A stretch of DNA of 64,000 nt from positions 841,193-905,192 of the forward strand of contig CAVZIN010000007.1 of assembly GCA_963775315.1 (NCBI GenBank). The letters run 5' to 3'. Source of the stretch: an uncultured Alphaproteobacteria bacterium (GTDB lineage Bacteria > Pseudomonadota > Alphaproteobacteria > MPNO01 > DASWLB01). Shown one piece after another: positions 55,252 through 64,000 of the stretch; the stretch's first letter is position 1; the number at the start of each line of letters is the position of its first letter. The position numbers were made by a program, and so were the translations under genes. The notes beneath the pieces were generated by a model, which searched no databases, had not been told where the DNA came from, and saw only the letters and a list, made by a program, of their open reading frames with translations.

Positions 55252-56006
55252 CAGACGGGCGTGTGGTCGGAGGCCTTGTCGCGCCCGCGCGGCTTCCGGT
55301 CGATGCCCGACGCGACCAGACGATCCGCGGCCTGGGGCGACAGCAACAGGTGATCGATGCGAAGTCCGTGGTCCTTCTGCCAGGCGCCCGCCTGGTAGTC
55401 CCAGAAGCTGTAGGCCCCCGGCTCGCCGTGCAGGGCGCGAAACGCATCCGTGAAGCCGAGATTGAGCAGGCGGCGGAACCGATTGCGCGATTCCGGGCGG
55501 CAGAGCGCGTCGTTCGCCCAGCCGATCGGGTCGTAAACGTCGTCGTCGGTCGGGCAGACGTTGTAGTCGCCTCCCAGCACCAGCACCTCCTCGTCGGCGA
55601 GTAGCGCCTGGGCGCGATCTGCGAGCCGCTCCATCCAGGCGAGCTTGTAGGAGAACTTGTCCGTCTCGACGGGATTGCCGTTCGGCAGATAGATCGAGGC
55701 AACGCGGATGCCGCCGGTGAAGGCCTCGACGTAGCGCGCCTGAACGTCCGCCTCGTCGCCGCCGAGGACGCAGACGATGTCTTCCAGCGGGCGCTTCGAC
55801 AGGATGGCGACGCCGTTGTAGGTCTTCTGGCCGCAGAGGGCGACGTTATAGCCCATATCCTCGATCTCCATGCGCGGGAAGGCGTCGTCGACGCACTTGG
55901 TTTCCTGCAGCAGCACCACGTCGGGCATCGCTTCGGCGAGCCATTCCGTGACGCGCGGCAAGCGCGCCTTGATCGAGTTCACGTTCCAGGTGGCGATCTT
56001 CATCAT
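55230..56006 (-). CDS. xthA: Exodeoxyribonuclease III
   Basis: MKIATWNVNSIKARL and EEP nuclease motifs. Confidence 0.9.
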   Translation of the reverse strand: MMKIATWNVNSIKARLPRVTEWLAEAMPDVVLLQETKCVDDAFPRMEIEDMGYNVALCGQKTYNGVAILSKRPLEDIVCVLGGDEADVQARYVEAFTGGIRVASIYLPNGNPVETDKFSYKLAWMERLADRAQALLADEEVLVLGGDYNVCPTDDDVYDPIGWANDALCRPESRNRFRRLLNLGFTDAFRALHGEPGAYSFWDYQAGAWQKDHGLRIDHLLLSPQAADRLVASGIDRKPRGRDKASDHTPVWCELSDG

Positions 56007-56123
56007 CAGCCGAATGTAGCAAACGGTGAGAGTCGCGCGAATGGCGATGCGGGCGGGTCAGGGCCCCACCTCCACGGAGCGACGTCGAGACGGGTGTAGC
56101 GGCCGGTCCCCGACCGACCGGTG

Positions 56124-56474
56124 TCAGATCGAGAACGAGGTGCCGCAGCCGCAGGTGGAGGCGGCGTTCGGGTTGGCGATCTCGAAGCGCGAGCCGATCA
56201 GTTCCTCGACATAGTCGACCTGCGAGCCACGCAGGTATTCCCACGACATGTCGTCGATCAGCACCCTGGCGCCATCGCGCTCGATGGTGCGGTCGTCGGG
56301 GGTGGGGGCGTCGTCGAAGGTGAAGGAATACTGGAAGCCGGAGCAGCCGCCACCGGCCACGGCGATTCGGAAGGCCGTGCCCTGGTGCTCGTCCTTGGCG
56401 AGCAGCGCCGCGATCCGCCGCACCGCCCGGTCGGTCAGCGTCACCTCGTCCGGCTTCTCCAGTGTTTCCGCCAT
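56124..56474 (-). CDS. erpA: Iron-sulfur cluster insertion protein (IscA/ErpA/HesB family)
   Basis: CSGFQY...CGCGTSF motifs. Confidence 0.85.
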   Translation of the reverse strand: MAETLEKPDEVTLTDRAVRRIAALLAKDEHQGTAFRIAVAGGGCSGFQYSFTFDDAPTPDDRTIERDGARVLIDDMSWEYLRGSQVDYVEELIGSRFEIANPNAASTCGCGTSFSI

Positions 56475-56599
56475 CTTTCCGTCCCCTGCGACAATTCGGC
56501 CGCGGGTGCGTATTTAAGATGCCATCGGGTCGAAATCAATGTGCGCGGCCGCGCAGCGGTCCGTTGCGCGCCCGCCGTTCGGGTTGTATCTCTCACCCC

Positions 56600-57808
56600 A
56601 TGACCGCGCTGGAAGCCGCCTGGACGCCGGCCGCCGCCCCGCGCGCGGCCTATGCCTCGGACCCGGCCAGGACCCGCGGCCGGCGCCATCCTGAGCCCGA
56701 GAGCCCGACCCGCACGGTCTACCAGCGCGACCGCGACCGGGTGATCCATTCCACCGCCTTCCGGCGCCTCAAATACAAGACGCAGGTGTTCGTTTATCAC
56801 GAGGGCGACAACTACCGGACCCGCCTGACCCATAGCCTGGAGGTCGCCCAGATCGCGCGGTCGATCTCGCGCTGCCTCGGGCTCGACGAGGACCTCGCCG
56901 AGGCGCTGGCGCTCGCGCACGACCTCGGCCACACCCCGTTCGGCCACGCCGGCGAGGATGCCCTGAACGCCGCGATGAAGGGCCATGGCGGCTTCGACCA
57001 CAATGGCCAGGCGCTTCGCATCCTCACCCGGCTCGAGGCGCATTACGCCGAGTTCGACGGGCTGAACCTCACCTGGGAGACGCTGGAGGGCATCGCCAAG
57101 CACAACGGTCCGCTGGTACAGCGGCCGGGCGACACCGAAGGCCTGCCTTGGGCGGTGCAGGAGGTTCTGGCGCAGACCGACCTCGAGCTCCACACCTGGC
57201 CGGGGGCGGAGGCCCAGGTCGCGGCGCTCGCCGATGACATCGCCTATCACAGCCACGACGTGGACGACGGGCTGCATGCCGGGCTGTTCTCGGTGGCGGA
57301 CCTCGCGCCCGTGCCGCTCGCGGGACCGCTTTTCGGCGAGGTCGCGGCGCGCTATCCCGGGCTGGAAGAAACCCGGCTGATCCATGAGTCGGTGCGCCGC
57401 ATGATCGACCTCCTGGTCAACGACCTCCTGGCCGAGACGCGTCGCCGCCTCGCCGCCGCGAGCCCTGGGAGCGCGGCCGATGTGCGCGCCCTCGACGCGC
57501 CCGTGGTCGCGTTCTCACCGGCGATGGACGCCGACAATTGTGCCCTGAAATCGTTCCTCTACCAGCGCATGTATCGCCATGAGCGGGTCAACCGGATGAC
57601 CGCCCGTGCCCGCCGGGTGGTGAGGGAGCTTTTCCTCGCCCTGCATGCCGAACCGAGCCATCTGCCCGAGGCGTGGCGGCGCGCCGCCGACGGGCCGGGC
57701 GGCACCGCCACGGCGCGGCTCGTCGCCGACTACGTCGCCGGGATGACCGACCGCTTCGCCCTCGACCTGCATCGCCGGTTGGTTCCCGGCGCCGAGAAAG
57801 AACAATGA
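56600..57808 (+). CDS. dgt: dGTP triphosphohydrolase-like HD-domain protein
   Basis: HD motif ([22 protein letters not shown]). Confidence 0.85.
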   Translation: MTALEAAWTPAAAPRAAYASDPARTRGRRHPEPESPTRTVYQRDRDRVIHSTAFRRLKYKTQVFVYHEGDNYRTRLTHSLEVAQIARSISRCLGLDEDLAEALALAHDLGHTPFGHAGEDALNAAMKGHGGFDHNGQALRILTRLEAHYAEFDGLNLTWETLEGIAKHNGPLVQRPGDTEGLPWAVQEVLAQTDLELHTWPGAEAQVAALADDIAYHSHDVDDGLHAGLFSVADLAPVPLAGPLFGEVAARYPGLEETRLIHESVRRMIDLLVNDLLAETRRRLAAASPGSAADVRALDAPVVAFSPAMDADNCALKSFLYQRMYRHERVNRMTARARRVVRELFLALHAEPSHLPEAWRRAADGPGGTATARLVADYVAGMTDRFALDLHRRLVPGAEKEQ

Positions 57809-59559
57809 ACATATTCAATAAGTTCCGAGCCGATGTTCTGTCGGTAATCGAGGCGCTGGCAAAGGAGGGCGCGCTGCCTGCCGGGCTCGACACCCCGCGC
57901 GTCTCGGTCGAGCCGCCGCGCGAGGCCGCGCATGGCGAGCTGTCCTCGAATGCGGCCATGGTTCTCGCCAAGCCGGCAGGGATGAAGTCGCGCGACCTCG
58001 CTCAGCTCCTGGCCGACCGGCTCGCCGCCCATCCGGAGGTGACCGAGGTGAGCGTCGCCGGGCCGGGCTTCGTCAATTTCCGCCTCGATCCTGCGTTCTG
58101 GCAGGCGCAGGTGAAGGACGTGCTGGAGGCCGGCACCGATTACGGCACGTCGGAGCTGGGTGCGGGGCGCAAGATCAACGTCGAATATGTCTCGGCCAAC
58201 CCGACTGGGCCGATGCACGTCGGCCACGGGCGCGGTGCCGTCGTGGGCGACGCGCTTGCCGCGGTGCTCGCGAAGGCCGGATTCGACGTGACGCGCGAGT
58301 ACTACATCAACGATGCCGGCGGCCAGGTCGACGTGCTCGCCCGGTCCGCGCACCTGCGGTACCGCGAGGCGCGCGGGGAACAGATCGGCGCGATCCCCGA
58401 GGGGCTCTACCCGGGCGATTATCTGGTCGATCTCGGCGTCGCGCTTGCCCGCACCTATGGCGAAAAGCTCGCCGGCGTGCCGGAGACCGAATGGTTGCCC
58501 GTGGTGCGCGAACGCGCGGTCGCCGCCATGCTGGCGCTCATCAAGGACGACCTCGCCGCGCTCGGAATCGCGTTCGACGTGTTCACCTCGGAGCGCGCAT
58601 TGAGCGAGGCGGGGGCAATCGACCGCGTGGTCGCCGAGCTCGAAGCCCGCGGCCTCGTCTACACCGGCATGCTGGATCCGCCCAAGGGCAAGCCGGTCGA
58701 GGACTGGGAGCCGCGCCCGCAGCTCTTGTTCCGCGCCACAAGGTTCGGCGACGACGTCGATCGGCCGCTTCGGAAATCGGACGGCAGCTGGACCTACTTT
58801 GCCGCCGACATCGCCTACCACCTCGACAAGGTGCGACGCGGCTTCGACAGCATGATCGACGTCTGGGGCGCCGACCACGGCGGCTATGTCAAGCGCATGC
58901 AGGCGGCCGTGGCGGCGGTCAGCGAGGGGCGCGCCACGCTCGACGTGAAGCTCTGCCAGCTCGTCCATCTGATGGAGCGGGGCGAGCCGGTGAAGATGTC
59001 CAAGCGGGCCGGCCAGTTCGTCACGCTGCGCGACGTGGTCGACCGGGTCGGGCGCGACGTCGTCCGCTTCATCATGCTCACGCGGAAGAACGACGCGCCG
59101 CTGGAGTTCGACTTCGCCAAGGTGCAGGAGCAGTCGAAGGACAACCCAGTCTTCTACGTGCAGTACGCCCACGCGCGCGCCTGCTCCGCGCTGCGCAACG
59201 GGTCGCAGCAGTTGCCGGCATTGAAGCTTGACGATTCGAGCCTCGAAAAGGCTCCCTTGTCGCGGCTGGTGGATGCGGGCGAGCTTGCCCTGATCCGGCT
59301 GATGGCCGGCTGGCCGCGGGTCGTGGAGAGCGCGGCGGAGGCGCATGAGCCTCACCGCGTCGCCTTCTACCTCTATGATCTCGCGTCCGAGTTCCATGCC
59401 CAGTGGAACCGCGGCAACGACGACGAGGCGCTGCGGTTCATCGTGGCGCGGGACGAGGAGCTGACAGCGGCCCGGCTCGCCCTGGTGCGGGCGGTCGCCA
59501 TCGTGATTGCATCGGGTCTTGGCGTCATGGGCGTCGCCCCGGTTGAGGAGATGCGGTGA
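57805..59559 (+). CDS. argS: Arginine--tRNA ligase
   Basis: [11 protein letters not shown] and KMSKR motifs. Confidence 0.9.
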   Translation: MNIFNKFRADVLSVIEALAKEGALPAGLDTPRVSVEPPREAAHGELSSNAAMVLAKPAGMKSRDLAQLLADRLAAHPEVTEVSVAGPGFVNFRLDPAFWQAQVKDVLEAGTDYGTSELGAGRKINVEYVSANPTGPMHVGHGRGAVVGDALAAVLAKAGFDVTREYYINDAGGQVDVLARSAHLRYREARGEQIGAIPEGLYPGDYLVDLGVALARTYGEKLAGVPETEWLPVVRERAVAAMLALIKDDLAALGIAFDVFTSERALSEAGAIDRVVAELEARGLVYTGMLDPPKGKPVEDWEPRPQLLFRATRFGDDVDRPLRKSDGSWTYFAADIAYHLDKVRRGFDSMIDVWGADHGGYVKRMQAAVAAVSEGRATLDVKLCQLVHLMERGEPVKMSKRAGQFVTLRDVVDRVGRDVVRFIMLTRKNDAPLEFDFAKVQEQSKDNPVFYVQYAHARACSALRNGSQQLPALKLDDSSLEKAPLSRLVDAGELALIRLMAGWPRVVESAAEAHEPHRVAFYLYDLASEFHAQWNRGNDDEALRFIVARDEELTAARLALVRAVAIVIASGLGVMGVAPVEEMR

Positions 59560-60413
59560 TGGCGTACGAACCCCCGGACCGCGAGCGTCCGGCGACCCCG
59601 GCGGCAGCGGGACGGGCCCCCGCCGGCCGCCGGCTGACCACCATGCTGGTCGGGGTCGCCGCGGTCGCAGCTGTCGCCGCGGTCGGCGTGTTCGCCTACA
59701 AGCAGGGGATGCGCCACGGGGCGGAAAGCGTCGCCCCCGTCATCACCGCCGGCCCCGCGCCCGACAAGGTGAAGCCCACCGATCCCGGCGGGATGGAGGT
59801 GCCGAACCAGGACAAGCAGATCTACGACCGGCTGTCGCCCGAGGCGGCACCCAAGCCGGTCGAGCGCCTGCTGCCGCCGCCCGAGACGCCCATGGCGCCG
59901 CCGGCCGCCAACACGGCCGCCGCGCAGCCGGCGCCGCCGAACCCGGCCGCGTCCGAGGGATCTCCGACGGCGGGCGCCGCCCCGCCGCCGCCCATGCCGC
60001 CAGCCCATCCCGGGGGGCGGGCCGAGATGCAGCCGCCGCCGATGGAGGCGCCGGGCGCGCCACCGGCCCCTCCCGCGTCGGCCACTCGGAAATCCGTACC
60101 GCCGCCACCCCCGCCGCCCGCCGCCATGCCCGCGGGCGTGGCGCAAATCGCGCCCGCCGCCGGCGGCCGCTATCGCGTACAGCTCGCCGCGCTCCGAACG
60201 GAGGATCAGGCGAACCAGGTGATTGCGCGCAACAAGCGGGCCAACGCCGACATTCTCGCCGGTCTGACTCTCTCGGTCGCGCGCGCCGACCTCGGTGCCA
60301 AGGGCATCTATTACCGCGTGCAGGCCGGACCCCTCGGCGACGCCGCGATGGCCAAGGCGCTCTGCGGGCGGCTCAAGGCACGCAAGCAGGGGTGCCTGAT
60401 TGTCGCGCCCTGA
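59559..60413 (+). CDS. SPOR-domain protein with a Pro-rich linker
   Basis: One TM segment, a low-complexity Pro/Ala region, and a C-terminal SPOR domain (RVQLAAL...YYRVQAGP). Confidence 0.8.
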   Translation: MAYEPPDRERPATPAAAGRAPAGRRLTTMLVGVAAVAAVAAVGVFAYKQGMRHGAESVAPVITAGPAPDKVKPTDPGGMEVPNQDKQIYDRLSPEAAPKPVERLLPPPETPMAPPAANTAAAQPAPPNPAASEGSPTAGAAPPPPMPPAHPGGRAEMQPPPMEAPGAPPAPPASATRKSVPPPPPPPAAMPAGVAQIAPAAGGRYRVQLAALRTEDQANQVIARNKRANADILAGLTLSVARADLGAKGIYYRVQAGPLGDAAMAKALCGRLKARKQGCLIVAP

Positions 60414-61431
60414 GCGCCCGCGCGCGGTCGTCTTCGGCTGTGCCGGACCGGCGCTCGCGCCCGAGGAGCGCCGGTTCTTCGCCGAGAGCGACCCGCTCGG
60501 CTTCATCCTGTTTGCGCGCAACTGCGTCGATCCCGACCAGCTCGCCCGGCTGGTCGCCGCGCTGCGCGAGGCGGTCGGCCGCGCCGACGCGCCCGTGCTG
60601 ATCGACCAGGAGGGCGGGCGCGTCGCCCGTCTCGGCCCGCCCCACTGGCGCAAATCGCCCGCGGCGGCCCGGTTCGCTGCCCTCTGGCGTGCGGATCGCG
60701 AGGCGGCGCGCGAGGCCACGCGGGCGAACGCGCGGCTGATGGCGGCTGAGTTGGCCGCCGCCGGCATCACCGTCGATTGCGCGCCGGTGCTCGACATTCC
60801 CGTCGCCGGTGCTGACCCGATCATCGGCGACCGCGCGTTCGGCGATGCGCCCGAGCCGGTCGCCGTGCTCGGCCGCGCCGTCTGCGAGGGCTTGCGTGAC
60901 GGCGGAGTTCTTCCGGTCATCAAGCACATCCCGGGCCATGGCCGCGCCCGCGCCGACAGCCACAAATCTCTGCCGGTCGTCGAAACGCCGCGCGCGGAAA
61001 TGGCGTCGACCGACTTCGCGCCGTTCCGCGCGCTCGCCGACCAGCCGTTCGGCATGACCGCGCATGTGGTCTACCGCGACATCGACCCCGATAGGCCAGC
61101 CACCCTGTCCGCCCGCGCGATCGGCGAGACGATCCGGGGCGAGATCGGGTTCGACGGGTTCCTGCTCTCCGACGACGTCAGCATGGGCGCGCTCTCCGGC
61201 CCGCTCGGCGACCGGACGCGCGGCGCGCTTGCGGCCGGTTGCGACGCGGTGCTGCACTGCACCGGCGTCATGGCCGAGATGGTGCAGGTGTCCGCCGCCG
61301 CCGCGCCGCTCGGCGATGCCGCCGGGGCGCGGTGGTTGCGGGCCAAAGCCTGCCTCGCCCCGCCGATGCCCTGTGATCCGGCGGCGCTGGCGGCCCGGTG
61401 CGACGCGCTGTTGGCGGGGGCGGGTGCATGA
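60400..61431 (+). CDS. nagZ: Beta-N-acetylhexosaminidase (GH3)
   Basis: GH3 motifs; a TTG start is implied by the ORF. Confidence 0.85.
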   Translation: MSRPERPRAVVFGCAGPALAPEERRFFAESDPLGFILFARNCVDPDQLARLVAALREAVGRADAPVLIDQEGGRVARLGPPHWRKSPAAARFAALWRADREAAREATRANARLMAAELAAAGITVDCAPVLDIPVAGADPIIGDRAFGDAPEPVAVLGRAVCEGLRDGGVLPVIKHIPGHGRARADSHKSLPVVETPRAEMASTDFAPFRALADQPFGMTAHVVYRDIDPDRPATLSARAIGETIRGEIGFDGFLLSDDVSMGALSGPLGDRTRGALAAGCDAVLHCTGVMAEMVQVSAAAAPLGDAAGARWLRAKACLAPPMPCDPAALAARCDALLAGAGA

Positions 61432-62120
61432 CTCCAGGCGTCGCCAATGCCATCCACGCCCTCTCGGTCTGGGCGCTGCCCGTGCTGATCGCGGTCACGC
61501 TGCACGAGGCGGCGCACGGCTGGGTCGCCTGGCAGCGCGGGGACGACACGGCGAAAGTTCTGGGGCGGGTCACCTTCAACCCGTTCCGCCATGTCGATCC
61601 GATCGGCACCGTGCTCGTGCCCGGGCTGCTGTTGCTGTCGGGGACCGGCTTCCTGTTCGGCTGGGCGAAGCCGGTGCCGGTGAATTTCCGCCGCCTTTAC
61701 AAGCCGCGCACGGACATGGTGTGGGTGGCCGCAGCCGGCCCCTCGATCAACATCGCGATCGCATTCATCTCGGCGCTGCTCTTGCATGTCGCGGTGCTGC
61801 TGTCCCCGGCCGCGGCGGCCTGGTCGTTCGAGAATCTGCGGAACTCGATCCTCATTAACCTCGTGTTGGCCGTGTTCAATATGATCCCGCTGCCGCCGCT
61901 CGATGGCGGCCGGGTGGCGGTCGGGCTGCTGCCCCGGCGAATCGCCATGCCCCTGGCACGGGTGGAGCCGTACGGCCTGTTCATTATAATCGGGCTGCTG
62001 TTCGTGCTACCGTGGCTTGGGGGCAAGATCGGCGTAGACCTCAATATCTTCGGTTGGCTTGTAGGTGTGCCGGTGACGTACCTGTTCCATCTGATCTCGA
62101 CGCTCGCCGGGTTCGGTTGA
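61428..62120 (+). CDS. Site-2 protease family membrane metalloprotease (M50)
   Basis: HEAAHG motif, multi-TM, ATGA coupling. Confidence 0.85.
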   Translation: MTPGVANAIHALSVWALPVLIAVTLHEAAHGWVAWQRGDDTAKVLGRVTFNPFRHVDPIGTVLVPGLLLLSGTGFLFGWAKPVPVNFRRLYKPRTDMVWVAAAGPSINIAIAFISALLLHVAVLLSPAAAAWSFENLRNSILINLVLAVFNMIPLPPLDGGRVAVGLLPRRIAMPLARVEPYGLFIIIGLLFVLPWLGGKIGVDLNIFGWLVGVPVTYLFHLISTLAGFG

Positions 62121-62128
62121 GAGGGGCG

Positions 62129-62911
62129 ATGGAGTTCGTCGAGGACAACAAGGTCGAGATCGAGCCCCGCGACGGCGAGGCGCTGGTCGTCGACCTCGAC
62201 GTGTTCGAGGGCCCGCTCGACGTCCTGCTCGCGCTGGCGCGCGACCAGAAGGTCGACCTCACCCGCATTTCGATCCTGAAGCTCGCCGACCAGTACATCG
62301 CCTTCATCGAGTCCGCCCACGACCTGCGGCTCGAACTCGCGGCCGACTATCTGGTCATGGCCGCCTGGCTCGCCTACCTGAAATCGCGCCTTCTGCTGCC
62401 CGAACCGGAAGTCGAGGAGGATGGGCTGTCGGGCGAGGAGATGGCCGAGGCGCTGACCTATCGACTGCGCCGGCTGGAAGCGATGCGCGACGCCGGGGCG
62501 CGGCTGATGGCGCTGCCCCGCCTCGGGCTCGACGTCTTCCCGCGCGGCGCGCCGGAGCCGGTACCGGTGGTGCGCAACTCGGTCTACGAGCTTAGCCTGT
62601 TCGAGCTGCTGCGCGCCTATGGCGAGCAGCGCCGCAAGGCCGGCGCCCACAAGGCCTATTCGCCAATGCCGACCGAGCTCTACGCCCTTGAGGACGCGGT
62701 GGCGCGCATCGAGGCGATGCTGGGCAAGGGCCCCGATTGGCGGACGCTCCTGTCCTTCCTGCCACAAGCCCTGCAGGGCGGGGTGGTACGGCGCTCCGCC
62801 ATGGCGGCGATGCTGTCGGTCGGGCTGGAGATGACCAAGAACGGCCGCGCCGAGCTGCGCCAGAACTACGCTTTCGGTCCCATTTACCTTCGTCGCCGGA
62901 CAACACCATGA
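62129..62911 (+). CDS. scpA: Segregation and condensation protein A
   Basis: ScpA family blocks. Confidence 0.85.
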   Translation: MEFVEDNKVEIEPRDGEALVVDLDVFEGPLDVLLALARDQKVDLTRISILKLADQYIAFIESAHDLRLELAADYLVMAAWLAYLKSRLLLPEPEVEEDGLSGEEMAEALTYRLRRLEAMRDAGARLMALPRLGLDVFPRGAPEPVPVVRNSVYELSLFELLRAYGEQRRKAGAHKAYSPMPTELYALEDAVARIEAMLGKGPDWRTLLSFLPQALQGGVVRRSAMAAMLSVGLEMTKNGRAELRQNYAFGPIYLRRRTTP

Positions 62912-63765
62912 CCCCAGACGATTCGATGAACGCGATGACCGCCATGATCGCCGAAGCGCCCGAGGATGACCGGCTGGTGCCGCCGCAAGTCCTGCCCGTG
63001 CCGGAGGCCGAAATGGCGCCCGAAGCCGCCGCCGAAGCCGAGGCGGGCGAGGCGGGCGACGCCGCCGAGCAGCCGGAGGAGGCGCTTGCCGCGCCCGCGG
63101 TGGACCCCGCCCAATGCCTGCGCCTTCTGGAGGCGATCCTGTTCGCGAGCGCCGACGCGCTCGGCGACGAGACGCTGGCCGCCCGCCTGCCGGAAGGGGC
63201 CGACGTCGCCGGGCTGATCGCCACGTTGCAGGACGCCTATGCCGAGCGGGGCGTGAACCTCGTACGGGTCGCCGGTGGCTGGGCCTTCCGCACGGCGCCG
63301 GATCTCGCCAGCCTGATGCGGATCGAGCGCAACGTGGTGCGCAAGCTGTCGCGTGCGGCGGTCGAGACGCTGGCGATCTGCGCCTACCACCAGCCGGTGA
63401 CCCGGGCCGAGATCGAAGAGATCCGCGGCGTCGCGATCTCCAAGGGCACGCTCGACACGCTGTTCGAGGCGGGGTGGATCCGCCCGGTCGGGCGGCGGCG
63501 CACGCCCGGCAAGCCCGTCACCTGGGGCACCACCGATGCGTTCCTGTCGCATTTCGGCCTGCAATCGATCGCCGATCTGCCGGGGCTCGACGAGCTGAAG
63601 GCGACGGGGCTGCTCGACACCCGCCCGGCCGCCGCCATCGTCGGCGAATCCCTGCCAGAGGCGCCAGCCGCGGCCGAGGAAGAGGGCGAGGAGCCGGACG
63701 GCGATGCCGAGACCGGTGCCGCCGACGCGGCCGAGGAGCTTCTCGACGACCCCGACCGCGAGTGA
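62908..63765 (+). CDS. scpB: Segregation and condensation protein B
   Basis: ScpB winged-helix blocks and ATGA coupling to scpA. Confidence 0.85.
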   Translation: MTPDDSMNAMTAMIAEAPEDDRLVPPQVLPVPEAEMAPEAAAEAEAGEAGDAAEQPEEALAAPAVDPAQCLRLLEAILFASADALGDETLAARLPEGADVAGLIATLQDAYAERGVNLVRVAGGWAFRTAPDLASLMRIERNVVRKLSRAAVETLAICAYHQPVTRAEIEEIRGVAISKGTLDTLFEAGWIRPVGRRRTPGKPVTWGTTDAFLSHFGLQSIADLPGLDELKATGLLDTRPAAAIVGESLPEAPAAAEEEGEEPDGDAETGAADAAEELLDDPDRE

Positions 63766-64000
63766 CCAGCGGCGTTGAGGCGGCGGCTGGGCGCCGTGGC
63801 CGCTGCGGGTGGTAAATTGACGCGGGGCAATCTCACCTACGCTTGCAACGTGGCTTCATAAGCCTTAGTTACGCCGTCATGTTGCGCTGACATGGCGGGG
63901 CTCGCGTTGCGGCGGTGGCCGGTTTCTGCCATCATCGCGCGGGGCGCGTTGCTGCCGCGGCGCGGCACCGGAACACGGGAGAGAGCCTGACATGGGTTCA

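Noticed and set aside
1-64000. Mobile elements or integrase
   Set aside because: No transposase, integrase or recombinase-like ORF was recognised. Inverted repeats were found only as short hairpins.
63992-64000. Possible start of a further gene (GGGAGAG followed by ATGGGTTCA at the window edge)
   Set aside because: Only three codons are visible, so no call can be supported.

Overview
This 64 kb window is high-GC and compact, with many start/stop overlaps, and looks alphaproteobacterial (PopZ, ScpAB, ErpA and SPOR proteins are present). Many long ORFs in the track are antisense or out-of-frame artefacts of the GC content and were rejected. Positions 1 to about 43160 form an accessory catabolic island for nitrogen-rich heterocycles. 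It contains two tandem amidohydrolase-2 paralogs, a CoxS/L/M-type molybdenum hydroxylase operon, a LeuCD-like hydratase pair, and three paralogous alpha-only Rieske oxygenases with the NdmA/NdmB sequence signature. One of those oxygenases has lost its Rieske [2Fe-2S] module but keeps the mononuclear iron site, as NdmC does. The island also carries a near-complete urate-to-glyoxylate set (PuuD, OHCU decarboxylase, two PuuE allantoinase paralogs, AllC-like amidohydrolase, AllA lyase, an HpxO-like FAD monooxygenase) and a creatininase/CodA-like/isochorismatase hydrolase module. A 2OG oxygenase with a split ComDE-like TPP decarboxylase, three NMT1/TauA-type ABC binding proteins, and a MarR-controlled aryl-CoA ligase/RidA/ABC/amidohydrolase operon complete it. 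At least seven near-consensus sigma-54 promoters (TGGCAC-N5-TTGC) sit in front of the island operons, two of them as an identical 22-mer on opposite strands, but no enhancer-binding activator or Rieske reductase is encoded in the window. The island ends at tRNA-Asn(GTT) and tRNA-Cys(GCA). Core genes follow: pcm, tolC, popZ, valS (with an apparent single-base frameshift), ilvD, an ArsR/SRPBCC/GFA trio with a perfect palindromic operator, xthA, erpA, dgt, argS, nagZ, a site-2 protease, scpA and scpB. No CRISPR array, IS element or integrase was found.
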